From: Phycisphaerae bacterium
Lineage (GTDB): Bacteria; Planctomycetota; Phycisphaerae; Phycisphaerales; SM1A02
NCBI GenBank assembly: GCA_018701395.1
Contig: JABIWU010000051.1
Coordinates: 895-64,894, forward strand
DNA: 64,000 nucleotides
Direction: 5' to 3'
Positions 27,939 through 37,848 of the stretch are shown here, in pieces (positions within the stretch are counted from its first letter, which is position 1; each line of letters begins with the position of its first letter). The position numbers and the translations under genes were made by a program. The notes beneath the pieces are model-generated. The model did no database searches, had not been told where the DNA came from, and saw nothing but the letters and a program-made list of their open reading frames with translations.

Positions 27939-28406
27939 TTAGGAGGTTGAAGTTTGACGAAATCCTTCATAAACAGCCGCGCAAACTGCTGTAGCAAGGT
28001 TCAAACTTCTCGCTTCACTAACCATCGGCAATGTGAGACGCGCCTTTTTGCCCACAAATTCGTGCACTTCTTTAGGGACGCCATGTTGTTCACTTCCAAA
28101 AAGCAAGTAGTCGCCTTTAGTAAAACTAGCATCCCAAAGCGGTTTCGTTGATTTGGTAGTAAACAACCATAACTTGTTTGGATGTTCTTTTTCTAAGAAC
28201 GCTCTCCAAGATTCGTGCTCTCGGATATCTAGTAAATGCCAATAATCTAAGCCCGCTCTTCGTACTGCCTTTTCATCCATATCAAATGCAATCGGATGAA
28301 TGATGTGCAAACGGCAACCAGTTGCCATCGCAGTACGACCAATATTGCCCGTGTTGTTTGGAATCTGCGGAGCGAGCAATACAATATTAAAAAGTGGTTC
28401 TGCCAT
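27939..28406 (-). CDS. trmL: tRNA (cytidine/uridine-2'-O-)-methyltransferase TrmL (SpoU family)
   Basis: FNIVLLAPQIPNNTGNIGRT and LLFGSEQHGVP...SLNLATAV. The ATG at 28406 shares 1 nt with the glyA stop (TAATG). Confidence 0.85.
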   Translation of the reverse strand: MAEPLFNIVLLAPQIPNNTGNIGRTAMATGCRLHIIHPIAFDMDEKAVRRAGLDYWHLLDIREHESWRAFLEKEHPNKLWLFTTKSTKPLWDASFTKGDYLLFGSEQHGVPKEVHEFVGKKARLTLPMVSEARSLNLATAVCAAVYEGFRQTSTS

Positions 28407-29704
28407 TAATGTCCGTACAAAGGATAGCGTTCGCATAGTTCGCGGACTTCTTTATTAACCCTCTGGCAAACTTGAGCATCGCCACCACTAACAAGAACTC
28501 TATCAATCATCAATGCCACCGTACGCATATCTTCTGCGGTGAGTCCACGAGTGGTCAAAGCCGCTGTGCCCAATCGAAGGCCACTTGTCACCATAGGTTT
28601 ACGAGGGTCATTTGGAATACCATTTTTGTTTACAACTATGCCAGCTGTACCGAGCCAATCTTCAGCATCAGCACCTGTTAAGTTTTCATCCCTAGGTCGC
28701 AAATCGACAAGCATCAAGTGGTTGTCTGTGCCACCACTGCAAAGTCGATACCCTTGCTCGACTAATCCGTCTGCTAGTGCCGTTGCATTCTCAACAATCT
28801 TCCGCGCATACGTTTTAAAAGTCGGCTGAAGCGCTTCACCAAAAGCGACCGCTTTTGCAGCGATAATATGCATCAGTGGACCTCCTTGGCTTCCAGGGAA
28901 TACTTTTCGATCTACTAATTTTGCGACTTCTTCATCATTCGTCATTATTAATCCACCGCGAGGCCCGCGAAGCGTTTTGTGTGTCGTGGTAGTCACAATA
29001 TGTGCATGCGGGAATGGAGACGGGTGTTGCCCACCTGCTACAAGCCCTGCGATGTGCGCAATGTCTGCCATTAAAAAGGCGCCAACAGAATCTGCAATTT
29101 CTCGAAAGCGTTTAAAGTCAATCGTTCGCGAGTAAGCGCTGTAGCCACAAATAATCATGTGTGGTTTTGTTTCAAGAGCACGAGAAGCAATGTGATCATA
29201 GTCCAATGTTTCTGTTTCAGAATCAAGTTCGTAACTTTCAATGTTGTAAAACGTTCCTGAAAAGTTTGGCTTTAAACCATGGCTTAAGTGCCCGCCGGAA
29301 GAAATTGGCAACGAGAGAATCGTGTCGCCAGGTTTGCATAATGCCATGAAGGCAGCAATATTTGCATTTGCTCCACTGTGCGGTTGTACGTTTGCGTATG
29401 TGCATCCAAACAATTCCTTTGCCCTGTCGCGCGCAAGATTTTCAATCGTATCGTGGTGTTCGCAACCGCCATAATATCGCTTGCCTGGATACCCCTCTGC
29501 ATATTTGTTTGTAAGCCACGAGCCCATGGTATGCATAACCGCAGGTGAAACGTGATTTTCAGATGCGATTAACTCAAGCGTATATTGCTGGCGCTGTGCT
29601 TCTGCTGCCATGCTTTCTGCAATGGTTGGATCTGCAGTTTCTAAAGCATTCAATAATTCAATTGAAATTGGGTCAAGAATAGGCAATTCTGTTGTGTTAG
29701 TCAT
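28406..29704 (-). CDS. glyA: Serine hydroxymethyltransferase
   Basis: LIASENHVSPAV, YAEGYPGKRYYGG, and the PLP site TTTTHKTLRGPRGG. The ATG at 29704 (MTNTTEL) is preferred over 29731. Confidence 0.95.
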   Translation of the reverse strand: MTNTTELPILDPISIELLNALETADPTIAESMAAEAQRQQYTLELIASENHVSPAVMHTMGSWLTNKYAEGYPGKRYYGGCEHHDTIENLARDRAKELFGCTYANVQPHSGANANIAAFMALCKPGDTILSLPISSGGHLSHGLKPNFSGTFYNIESYELDSETETLDYDHIASRALETKPHMIICGYSAYSRTIDFKRFREIADSVGAFLMADIAHIAGLVAGGQHPSPFPHAHIVTTTTHKTLRGPRGGLIMTNDEEVAKLVDRKVFPGSQGGPLMHIIAAKAVAFGEALQPTFKTYARKIVENATALADGLVEQGYRLCSGGTDNHLMLVDLRPRDENLTGADAEDWLGTAGIVVNKNGIPNDPRKPMVTSGLRLGTAALTTRGLTAEDMRTVALMIDRVLVSGGDAQVCQRVNKEVRELCERYPLYGH

Positions 29705-29707
29705 AGA

Positions 29708-30862
29708 GTGTATTCTACACAGAGTATGCACTTACTTCCCCTATTATTTCTACTCACTTCACAAATACAAATAGATGGCTCATTCCAAGATTGGCCAGAT
29801 GGTGTCACGCACCAAGAGGACGCCCAATTTGTCTATAAACGCATTGTTCTTGAGGACGCTGCTTGCCTGCAACAATTACCTGAGCAAAAAATAATCCAAC
29901 TCGGACAATACACAATTATTTTTTCGCCGGAAGATAAGGGGTACGGTGTCGCCTGCAAATTAGGTGACAAATCGATTTCTCCGTACGAAGCCGGCGTCAT
30001 TTTTGCGCCGAGTACTGCATCGACTTCTTTTGAGATACGGGCCAATAAACCAAACATTTCATTGCCTACAAAGACGTTTCCCCTTGTGGCAACAGGTGAT
30101 TTTCGGGTTGTAAGTTGGAATGTCCAACTCGGAAATGTTCTCGATGACAGGGACAGAAGTGCTCGAATTTTAAATGCCCTAAAGCCCAATGTCATTTTAT
30201 TCCAAGAACTCGACGGGGATGACACTCCCGAAGAGCTATCCGATTTTTTAACTACTTCCATCGGTGGCTTATGGCTGACCTCTATGTCGGCGGCGCATGG
30301 AACTGCACGTCACCACAAATTACGTAGCGCTATTTCAACAAAGTTCAACGTTAGTAAAGAAGTTGACTATGGCAAACTAAAGGCAGTTCTAAACACAATC
30401 GAGATTAGTAAACAACCCATTCAATTCCTCTCATTACATCTTCGTTGTTGTGGCGGGCCAAAAAGCGAAGCGGAAATGCAACGACAAGAGGAAGCCAATG
30501 TAATTCGAGCGTCAATCGAACAACAGCAAGCGCCAAGTTGGATTATCGCTGGCGACTGGAATTTAGTTGGCACAAACATCCCTTTACAAATAGTAAAAGC
30601 CGACACGCTTTCAATCGTAGATGCATTCCAACCAGATGGGCTTGTCGCAGCAACCTGGTCCGATGCAGATAGTTCCTTCACTCCTGGCAGGTTAGATTGG
30701 ATGTTGTATTCGCCAAAAACTCTTTCACTTACCAACAGTTTTGTTTTTGACACTTTCGACTTAGACGAACAGTCGCTTTTAAAACACAACCTTAGCAGCG
30801 ATGACACCGCACAACTATCAGACCACTTGCCTCTTGTTGCAGATTTCAAAGTACGCAAATGA
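29708..30862 (+). CDS. Secreted endonuclease/exonuclease/phosphatase (EEP) family protein
   Basis: VVSWNVQLGN, ILFQELD, IIAGDWNL and LSDHLPLVADF, plus an N-terminal hydrophobic signal. The start is 29708 or 29726. Confidence 0.75.
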   Translation: MYSTQSMHLLPLLFLLTSQIQIDGSFQDWPDGVTHQEDAQFVYKRIVLEDAACLQQLPEQKIIQLGQYTIIFSPEDKGYGVACKLGDKSISPYEAGVIFAPSTASTSFEIRANKPNISLPTKTFPLVATGDFRVVSWNVQLGNVLDDRDRSARILNALKPNVILFQELDGDDTPEELSDFLTTSIGGLWLTSMSAAHGTARHHKLRSAISTKFNVSKEVDYGKLKAVLNTIEISKQPIQFLSLHLRCCGGPKSEAEMQRQEEANVIRASIEQQQAPSWIIAGDWNLVGTNIPLQIVKADTLSIVDAFQPDGLVAATWSDADSSFTPGRLDWMLYSPKTLSLTNSFVFDTFDLDEQSLLKHNLSSDDTAQLSDHLPLVADFKVRK

Positions 30863-31317
30863 TTTTTGAAACAGAAATTGGTTGCATCTCAATTGGCTAT
30901 ATAAATAACACTCTGTTCTGTGAGTTTGGCAAACATGTTTCAGAGCGTGAACCTTCGAATAGATTACTACAACAACTCGATCGATATTTCAGAGGCAATT
31001 TCACATCAACGTTTGACGCCATGTTGCCAGAAGGACCTCCATTTACGAGGAAATGTTGGGAAGCATGTCGCTCAGTTCCATTTGGTAAAACAATCACATA
31101 CGCCGAACTTGCAAGACGCGCAGGTTCGCCAAAAGCAATGCGAGCTGCGGGACAAGCAATGCGAAAGAACCCACTTACAATTATTACTCCTTGCCATAGA
31201 GTGATTTCTTCCACTGGCTCATTACACGGTTATGCGGGTGCCACCGACCCACAAAGCGAAGAACTTAAACGTAAAAAATACCTTATTGAGCATGAATTGC
31301 GTACAATGTACGTATGA
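30859..31317 (+). CDS. ogt: Methylated-DNA--protein-cysteine methyltransferase
   Basis: TYAELARRAGSPKAMRAAGQA and the active site IITPCHRVI. The start overlaps the upstream stop (ATGA). Confidence 0.85.
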   Translation: MIFETEIGCISIGYINNTLFCEFGKHVSEREPSNRLLQQLDRYFRGNFTSTFDAMLPEGPPFTRKCWEACRSVPFGKTITYAELARRAGSPKAMRAAGQAMRKNPLTIITPCHRVISSTGSLHGYAGATDPQSEELKRKKYLIEHELRTMYV

Positions 31318-32645
31318 ACATTACTGTTGTAGGAACCGGATATGTTGGATTAGTAACAGGAACTTGCTTTGCAAATGCAGGGAATCAAGTTACTTGCCTT
31401 GACATCAATCCACAAAAATTACAAACCCTTCGCTCTGGCGAATCGCCATTTTTTGAACCAGGTCTTTCTGAATTAATGACTCGGTCGATTGATGCCGGCA
31501 GAATTGTTTTTACAGATGACAAAAGCGAAGCATACGACAATCCAGACGTTATCTTTATTTGTGTTGGCACGCCAACAGGCAAAGATAACCGATGCGACAT
31601 ATCGTTTGTAACCGCAGTTGCTCAGGACATTTCGACAGCGCTTACCACAATGTCTAACCCACCAGTTGTTGTCGTAAAGTCGACTGTTCCAGTTGGCACA
31701 ACACAACAAGTTGCACAACTTATTCAAGGCGAATTTCACATTGCCAACAATCCTGAATTCCTGCGAGAAGGAAGTGCAATCGACGATTTCTTACGCCCCG
31801 ACAGAGTGATTTGCGGCGTAGAAGACAATGTCGCAACAAAAGTCTTAACACAACTTTATGCACCATTTGTAGGGCAAGGACGACCTCTTCTTTTCTTCGA
31901 TATTCAGTCTTCAGAGATGGTGAAATATGCATCGAATGCGATGCTCGCCTGCAAAATTAGTTTCATTAATGAAATTGCTTCACTCTGTGAACGCAACGGG
32001 GCTGACATTGACAATGTCCGGACTGGCATGTGCGCAGATAGCCGAATTGGGACAGAATTTTTCCGTCCCGGTTTAGGGTACGGAGGTTCTTGTTTTCCTA
32101 AGGACACCCTCGCAGTTATGGAGATGGGGCAAGACGCAGGCGCACCTTGTTTGGTGAACACCGCTGTCCACGAGATTAATCAAAGACAGCGAAACTGGTT
32201 TGCAAATCGAATCATCAAACACTTTGACAATGATCTTCAAGGTAAAAAAATTGCGATGTGGGGCTTGGCTTTCAAGCCCCGAACGGATGATGTTCGCGAT
32301 GCTCCTTCTATTGACATTGCAAAATCACTTATTCAAGCAGGTGCAGAAATTACTGGTTTCGACCCAGAAGCTGCAGAAACTTTCTCTACTGTTGTTCCAG
32401 AAGTGCAAATTGAAAAAGACATGTACAAAGCTGCTGAAAATGCTGACGCACTTATCATTTGCACAGAGTGGTCCGAGTTTAGTTCCCCCGATTTTTCTAC
32501 TCTACGAAATCTCCTCAATACCCCACTCATTTTTGATGGGCGAAACTTATACAGCCCAGACACAATGGGGAAATTGGGTTTTACGTACTACTCAATCGGC
32601 AGGCCAACTATAGAAAATTCCCCTGTTCCTGCTCAATCGAGTTGA
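31314..32645 (+). CDS. ugd: UDP-glucose 6-dehydrogenase
   Basis: MNITVVGTGYVGLVTG Rossmann motif, the catalytic region GYGGSCFPKD, and the FKPRTDDVRDAP C-domain. Confidence 0.9.
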   Translation: MNITVVGTGYVGLVTGTCFANAGNQVTCLDINPQKLQTLRSGESPFFEPGLSELMTRSIDAGRIVFTDDKSEAYDNPDVIFICVGTPTGKDNRCDISFVTAVAQDISTALTTMSNPPVVVVKSTVPVGTTQQVAQLIQGEFHIANNPEFLREGSAIDDFLRPDRVICGVEDNVATKVLTQLYAPFVGQGRPLLFFDIQSSEMVKYASNAMLACKISFINEIASLCERNGADIDNVRTGMCADSRIGTEFFRPGLGYGGSCFPKDTLAVMEMGQDAGAPCLVNTAVHEINQRQRNWFANRIIKHFDNDLQGKKIAMWGLAFKPRTDDVRDAPSIDIAKSLIQAGAEITGFDPEAAETFSTVVPEVQIEKDMYKAAENADALIICTEWSEFSSPDFSTLRNLLNTPLIFDGRNLYSPDTMGKLGFTYYSIGRPTIENSPVPAQSS

Positions 32646-32672
32646 CAAGCAATACACTTTTCCTGTTATATA
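32642..32672 (+). promoter_or_regulatory. Candidate sigma70-type promoter for the respiratory operon
   Basis: TTGACA at 32642-32647 is followed after 18 nt by TTATAT (32666-32671), or after 19 nt by TATATA. It lies about 35 nt upstream of the ctaC TTG start. This is a pattern match only. Confidence 0.35.
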
Positions 32673-32703
32673 TGCTTATCCGCTTTGAGAGGCAGGCATC
32701 TAC

Positions 32704-33702
32704 TTGGGAAGAATTCCTTTACTACTAATTTTATTCTTTGCTACCAACAGCTCTATTGCTTTGGCAGGCCCAGAAAATTTAAGTATTTTTGACCCTGTTT
32801 CACCCGCCGCTACACCAATTCGAGACTTGTTTATGCTTGTGTTTGGTGTTATTGGCATTATATTTGTCATCACTGAGGGCGCACTTATCTGGTCGATTAT
32901 TCGATACCGAGCAAAAGGCGATGAAACTAAAGAGCCCCCTCAGGTTTATGGCAGTAACCCTATTGAAGTTGCGTGGACTGTCATCCCAATCATCATTGTC
33001 TTCACCCTATTTCTTGTCACAACTAGAAGCATTTATTCATTAGATATGCAAGAAGCCCCTGAAGGCGCTTTAAAAGTCAAAGCAACTGGTCACCAATGGT
33101 GGTGGGAATTTGAGTATGAAGACCTTGGAATTACAACTGCTGGCGAGTTACATGTGCCAGAGGGCATACCTGTCTTTGTTGAACTTCGTTCTGCTGATGT
33201 CATCCACAGTTTCTGGGTACCCCGCCTTGCTGGAAAAATAGATTGTATTCCAAATCGAGAAAATCACTTATGGTTTCAAGCGGATGAAGTTGGCACCTGG
33301 TATGGACAATGTGCCGAGTTTTGCGGAAGCCAGCATGCAAAAATGCTTATCCGAGTAATCTCAGAAAAAGAAGTTGATTTTAATTCGTGGGTTGCAAATC
33401 AACAACTTCAAGCAGCAGAAATTCCCACAGAAGCAAATGGAAAAGAAACATTCCTCTCACTTGCATGCATCAATTGCCACAATATTCAAGGTGTAACAAC
33501 TGTGGGTGGTTTCGGTCCAGACTTAACGCACTTGATGTCACGCGACACGATCGCTTCAGGAGCTGCAAATAATTCAACTGACAATCTTCGTCTTTGGTTG
33601 CAGAATCCAGATTCAATTAAAGAAGGCGCTTTGATGCCAAACATGATGCTTTCAGACAAAGAAATAGATGCACTAATGGAGTATTTACAAACACTCAAAT
33701 GA
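32704..33702 (+). CDS. ctaC: Cytochrome c oxidase subunit II with C-terminal cytochrome c domain (caa3-type)
   Basis: CuA site HSFWVPRLAGKIDC...CAEFCGSQHAKM and a C-terminal haem c motif CINCHN...LMPNM. The start is TTG. Confidence 0.9.
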   Translation: MGRIPLLLILFFATNSSIALAGPENLSIFDPVSPAATPIRDLFMLVFGVIGIIFVITEGALIWSIIRYRAKGDETKEPPQVYGSNPIEVAWTVIPIIIVFTLFLVTTRSIYSLDMQEAPEGALKVKATGHQWWWEFEYEDLGITTAGELHVPEGIPVFVELRSADVIHSFWVPRLAGKIDCIPNRENHLWFQADEVGTWYGQCAEFCGSQHAKMLIRVISEKEVDFNSWVANQQLQAAEIPTEANGKETFLSLACINCHNIQGVTTVGGFGPDLTHLMSRDTIASGAANNSTDNLRLWLQNPDSIKEGALMPNMMLSDKEIDALMEYLQTLK

Positions 33703-35345
33703 CCCGCGAAGCCTACAACCCCCTTTCAAGCAAATTTCACGATTGGGTAGTGACCGTCGATCACAAAAAACTTGGCGTGATGTACATCGTCACTGGCATT
33801 TTGTACCTCATCGTTGCAGGCAGCGAAGCTCTTATGATGCGCTGGCAACTGGCTATTCCAAACAACGACATTCTGTCACCAGATACATTTAATGCCTTTT
33901 TTACAATGCACGGAACAACGATGATTTTCCTCGTTGGCATGCCAATTTTACTCGGGGCAGCAAACTATTTTATCCCTCTGATGATTGGCGCACGAGACAT
34001 GGCGTTTCCAAGGTTAAATGCGTTTGGTTTCTGGCTCTTTTTCTTTGGCGCTCTTTTACTGTACTTCAGTTTCCTTGGAGGACAAGGGCTCTCTGGCGAA
34101 GAGGGTGCTCCAAATGTAGGTTGGTTTGCGTACGCACCATTAACCTCAACAACTTTTTCGCCAGGGTCTGCAACTGACTATTGGGTAATCTCTTTGTTTG
34201 TTGCTGGCCTTGGTTCCATAATGACAGCAATCAATTTGGTTACAACTATTCTCACGATGCGTTGCGATGGCATGACGCTCATGAAGATGCCACTATTCGC
34301 TTGGATGATGCTCGTTGACGCTGCATTAATTCTCATCGTGCTTCCTCCACTTGCGGTAATCCAAATTATGTTGTTATTAGATAGGCAATTTGGAGCGCAC
34401 TTTTTTGACGCACAAGCTGGCGCTGACCCTTTAATTTGGCAACACTTATTCTGGTTTTTCGGGCACCCAGAAGTGTACATATTAATTATTCCTGGCTTTG
34501 CATATATCTCTGAAGTCATACCCGTTTTCTCACGAAAAGTTCTCTTTGGCTATCCACTTATGGTTGCCGCCACTGTCTCAATTGGTTTTATCTCTCTGGG
34601 CGTTTGGGCGCATCACATGTTTGCCGTCGGTCTATCCCCCGCTGTTCTCGCATACTTTTCTGGCGCAACCTTTTTAGTTGGCGTTCCAACTGGCATGAAA
34701 ATTTTTAATTGGATTGCAACCATGTGGGGTGGGCACATTCGATTTGCAACGCCGATGCTTTTTGCAACTGGTTTTGTTTCGATGTTCGTCCTTGGAGGTC
34801 TAACTGGAATCATGCTTGCAGTCGTCCCAATGGATTGGCAACTGTCAGATACGTACTTTGTTGTTGGGCATTTCCACTGGGTACTCTTTGGGGGCTTGCT
34901 GTTTGCAATTTTCTCTGGGTTCTTTTATTGGTTCCCAAAAGTTACTGGCAGACTGCTAAATGAAACGCTTGGCAAATGGCAGTTTTGGTTTTTGTTTGTT
35001 GGCTTCTTAGTAACTTTCGGCCCAATGCATATGGCTGGATTTGAAGGAATGCCAAGAAGAATCTATACCTTTATGCCTGGACGTGGTCTTGAATTATGGA
35101 ACATGCTTTCAAGCATCGGCGCTGCGATTCAAGTAGTTGGCTTTATTCTTTTTGTTATCAATGTGTTTTGGAGTTTACGCAAAGGCAAAATTGCTGGCGA
35201 TGATCCTTGGGATGCTTGGACACTTGAATGGTCCACTACCTCTCCTCCGCCGCCGTGGAATTTTGCTGAAACACCTCAAATTGCAAGCAGAAGACCGCTC
35301 TGGGATTTAAAACACCCAGATGATCCAGATTGGAAATACGAATGA
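33699..35345 (+). CDS. ctaD: Cytochrome c oxidase subunit I
   Basis: 548 aa, 12 TM, with WFFGHPEVYILIIPGF, HHMF and VGHFHWV motifs. The start overlaps the ctaC stop (ATGA). Confidence 0.95.
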   Translation: MTREAYNPLSSKFHDWVVTVDHKKLGVMYIVTGILYLIVAGSEALMMRWQLAIPNNDILSPDTFNAFFTMHGTTMIFLVGMPILLGAANYFIPLMIGARDMAFPRLNAFGFWLFFFGALLLYFSFLGGQGLSGEEGAPNVGWFAYAPLTSTTFSPGSATDYWVISLFVAGLGSIMTAINLVTTILTMRCDGMTLMKMPLFAWMMLVDAALILIVLPPLAVIQIMLLLDRQFGAHFFDAQAGADPLIWQHLFWFFGHPEVYILIIPGFAYISEVIPVFSRKVLFGYPLMVAATVSIGFISLGVWAHHMFAVGLSPAVLAYFSGATFLVGVPTGMKIFNWIATMWGGHIRFATPMLFATGFVSMFVLGGLTGIMLAVVPMDWQLSDTYFVVGHFHWVLFGGLLFAIFSGFFYWFPKVTGRLLNETLGKWQFWFLFVGFLVTFGPMHMAGFEGMPRRIYTFMPGRGLELWNMLSSIGAAIQVVGFILFVINVFWSLRKGKIAGDDPWDAWTLEWSTTSPPPPWNFAETPQIASRRPLWDLKHPDDPDWKYE

Positions 35346-35929
35346 ATACATCTACTTCCAATACATCATTAAATATGCTTCCTCCAGGACATCTTGGAAT
35401 GATTTCCGTCATCGTCACTGAAGTTTTCTTCTTCGCTTCGCTAATTGTTGTTTACCTTGCATACCTTGGCAAGAGCATAAGCGGCCCTATGCCAAGTGAC
35501 ACACTTGAACTTGGTTTAGTCAGCTTCAACACAATCGCTTTACTTGCAAGTTCAGCAACCATTGTCCTTGCACTCAAAGCGTTGCGAACTGGTAACAACG
35601 TTCGTTTTCTAACTTGGTTACTTTGCACAATTGCTTTAGGCGCTTGGTTTTTGATCGGAACTGGAATTGAGTGGAAGGGACTTATAGTCGACGACCACTT
35701 ACGGTTGCAGACGAACCTATTCGGCACAACGTTTTACACGCTTGTTGGGTTCCATGCCTTCCATGTGACGTTTGGCGTTTTTGCACTGTTCGTAATCTGG
35801 TGTTTAGGGTTAAAAGGTTGCATTAAACAAAAGCATCATCAAAATATTGAATATGTATCGTGGTATTGGCACTTTGTCGACACTGTTTGGATAGCAGTTT
35901 TCCTTGTTGTGTACGTGATTGGAAGATAA
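35342..35929 (+). CDS. ctaE: Cytochrome c oxidase subunit III
   Basis: Multi-TM with FYTLVGFHAFHVTFGV and WYWHFVDTVW. The ATG at 35342 overlaps the ctaD stop (ATGA). Confidence 0.85.
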   Translation: MNTSTSNTSLNMLPPGHLGMISVIVTEVFFFASLIVVYLAYLGKSISGPMPSDTLELGLVSFNTIALLASSATIVLALKALRTGNNVRFLTWLLCTIALGAWFLIGTGIEWKGLIVDDHLRLQTNLFGTTFYTLVGFHAFHVTFGVFALFVIWCLGLKGCIKQKHHQNIEYVSWYWHFVDTVWIAVFLVVYVIGR

Positions 35930-36721
35930 ATGACAACAACTAAAACTACAATTAAAGTTCCAAAACCAACTGCGTGGCCTCTCGTTGCAGCATTTGGTCT
36001 CACGCTAACATTTGCAGGTTTTTTAACTTCATACCTAGTTGGAATTATTGGAGGCATTCTCAGTGTAATAGGTTTTATTGGGTGGTTCAAAGACCGTTTC
36101 CCGAACAACCTAGAAATAACTGTTGAAGTTGAGGCGCACCACATCCCCGCTCCAGTTCACTCTACAAAAAGCACACACGAAGAACACCCACATCACCGTG
36201 CAATATTGCCACTTAAAATCCATCGTACTCAGTCAGGACTGATCGGTGGAATCGCAGGTGGCATCGCGATGCTTATTGTTTCAGTGATTGGCAGTTTCAT
36301 CATGCATGGTTCACCTTGGTATCCTTTCAATGTTATGTCTGCGTCAGTCATGCACTCTATAACTGAGCAAAACTTAACCAATTTCAATGCAATTGCATTT
36401 GTTGTTGCCCTTGGAATTCACGCAACACTTTCCATTGGCATTGGCTTAGTGTATGGCGTTGTGCTACCACTCCTACCTAAACACCCTATCATTCTTGGCG
36501 CGCTTATCATCCCCTTCATCTGGAGTTTCTTACTATACGCAACCATGAACACCCTCAATCCTGTCCTGAATGAAACCGTCAACTGGAGTTGGTTCCTCGT
36601 TACGCAATTTGTATTTGGATTTGTTGCAGGAATTGTCGTTTCAAAAAGCGAAAAAATACAAACACTACAATTCAAAGCATTCGCAGAACGCGCAGGCATT
36701 GAGACAGGCAAAAATGATTAA
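35930..36721 (+). CDS. Operon-embedded multi-pass membrane protein of unknown function with a His-rich loop
   Basis: 263 aa with about 6 hydrophobic helices. The loop HHIPAPVHSTKSTHEEHPHHR lies at 36137-36199. The gene starts directly after the ctaE stop (TAAATG). Confidence 0.65.
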   Translation: MTTTKTTIKVPKPTAWPLVAAFGLTLTFAGFLTSYLVGIIGGILSVIGFIGWFKDRFPNNLEITVEVEAHHIPAPVHSTKSTHEEHPHHRAILPLKIHRTQSGLIGGIAGGIAMLIVSVIGSFIMHGSPWYPFNVMSASVMHSITEQNLTNFNAIAFVVALGIHATLSIGIGLVYGVVLPLLPKHPIILGALIIPFIWSFLLYATMNTLNPVLNETVNWSWFLVTQFVFGFVAGIVVSKSEKIQTLQFKAFAERAGIETGKND

Positions 36722-37370
36722 AACAATTCTACTTTCAGTATGTATTTTTCTTTTACTAAGTTGCGGAAAACCCTCTGTTGATGATCGTCCAATACGTCCA
36801 ATCGAAGTCCTTAACTTCGACACACTTTTTGCACAACGCTGTTCGGGTTGCCACGGGAATGAAGGTGCTGGAAGTGCATCAATTGCACTGCACGATTCGG
36901 CGTTTATGCACATCGCAGGGAAGTCAACTATTCGAGACCTAATTGTGAACGGTCGTAAAAATACCTTAATGCCCTCTTTCCAAAGTAATACTGGTAATCC
37001 TTTATCAGATGCACAAATAGACGCGCTTGTCATTGGGATGTCCGAAAACTGGGGAGGAGAGATTCCACCTTGGGCTGAAGGAAGACGATATGAAATTCAA
37101 AAAGGCGATGCCGGAAGAGGCCGAGGAGCATTTGCCGATTTATGTGCAAGTTGCCACGGCCCTGATGGCACCGGTGCAGTTGCCGGCTCTGTAGTCAATG
37201 CCTCCTACTTACGACTAGTGAGTGAACAATATTTACGAAGCGTCATTCTTTTCGGAAGACCAGAACTTGGCATGCCAAATTTTGCCTGCAAAACAGATGA
37301 CAAAACAATAGACGACATCGTTGCATGGCTTTTAACGCATAAAGAAAATTGGAGTAATGCCAATGACTAG
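36714..37370 (+). CDS. Dihaem c-type cytochrome (lipoprotein-like signal)
   Basis: MIKTILLSVCIFLLLSCGK signal, two CxxCH motifs (CSGCH, CASCH) and distal Met motifs (LMPSF, GMPNF). The ATG at 36714 overlaps the upstream stop by 8 nt. Confidence 0.8.
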   Translation: MIKTILLSVCIFLLLSCGKPSVDDRPIRPIEVLNFDTLFAQRCSGCHGNEGAGSASIALHDSAFMHIAGKSTIRDLIVNGRKNTLMPSFQSNTGNPLSDAQIDALVIGMSENWGGEIPPWAEGRRYEIQKGDAGRGRGAFADLCASCHGPDGTGAVAGSVVNASYLRLVSEQYLRSVILFGRPELGMPNFACKTDDKTIDDIVAWLLTHKENWSNAND

Positions 37371-37848
37371 ACGCACCTTATTAAATAGACTTGCACTTGG
37401 AATAAATGCACTTGCGGCTCTACTTGTTGGAGTGCCTCTCGTTGGTTTTGTATTTGCTCCTGCAGTTGACAAAGCAAAGAATAAATGGATCTCCATTGGC
37501 AAACTTGAAGAATTCACTGCAGGACAAACCAAACTTGCAACGTATATAAATCCTTATCTAGTTCCGTGGGATAACGAAGTTGCGAAAGTTCCATGTTGGG
37601 TTCGACGAATTGACGAAACCACATTTCAAGTGTTCGCAATTAATTGCGCACATCTTGGTTGCCCAGTAAAGTGGTTTGCAGAATCACAACTTTTCATGTG
37701 TCCTTGCCATGGTGGTGTGTATTACGCAGATGGTTCAAGAGCATCTGGGCCTCCACCTCGAGGGCTTTTTGAATACCAATATCGTTTAGAAAACGGACAT
37801 CTAGAAGTTCGTGGTGGCCGCCTTCCAACAATTCAGGAGAGCGTCTAA
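37357..37848 (+). CDS. Rieske [2Fe-2S] subunit of a cytochrome bc/b6c-type complex
   Basis: Tat-like N-terminus MPMTRRTLLNRLALG and the cluster boxes CAHLGCPV and CPCHGGVY. Confidence 0.9.
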   Translation: MPMTRRTLLNRLALGINALAALLVGVPLVGFVFAPAVDKAKNKWISIGKLEEFTAGQTKLATYINPYLVPWDNEVAKVPCWVRRIDETTFQVFAINCAHLGCPVKWFAESQLFMCPCHGGVYYADGSRASGPPPRGLFEYQYRLENGHLEVRGGRLPTIQESV

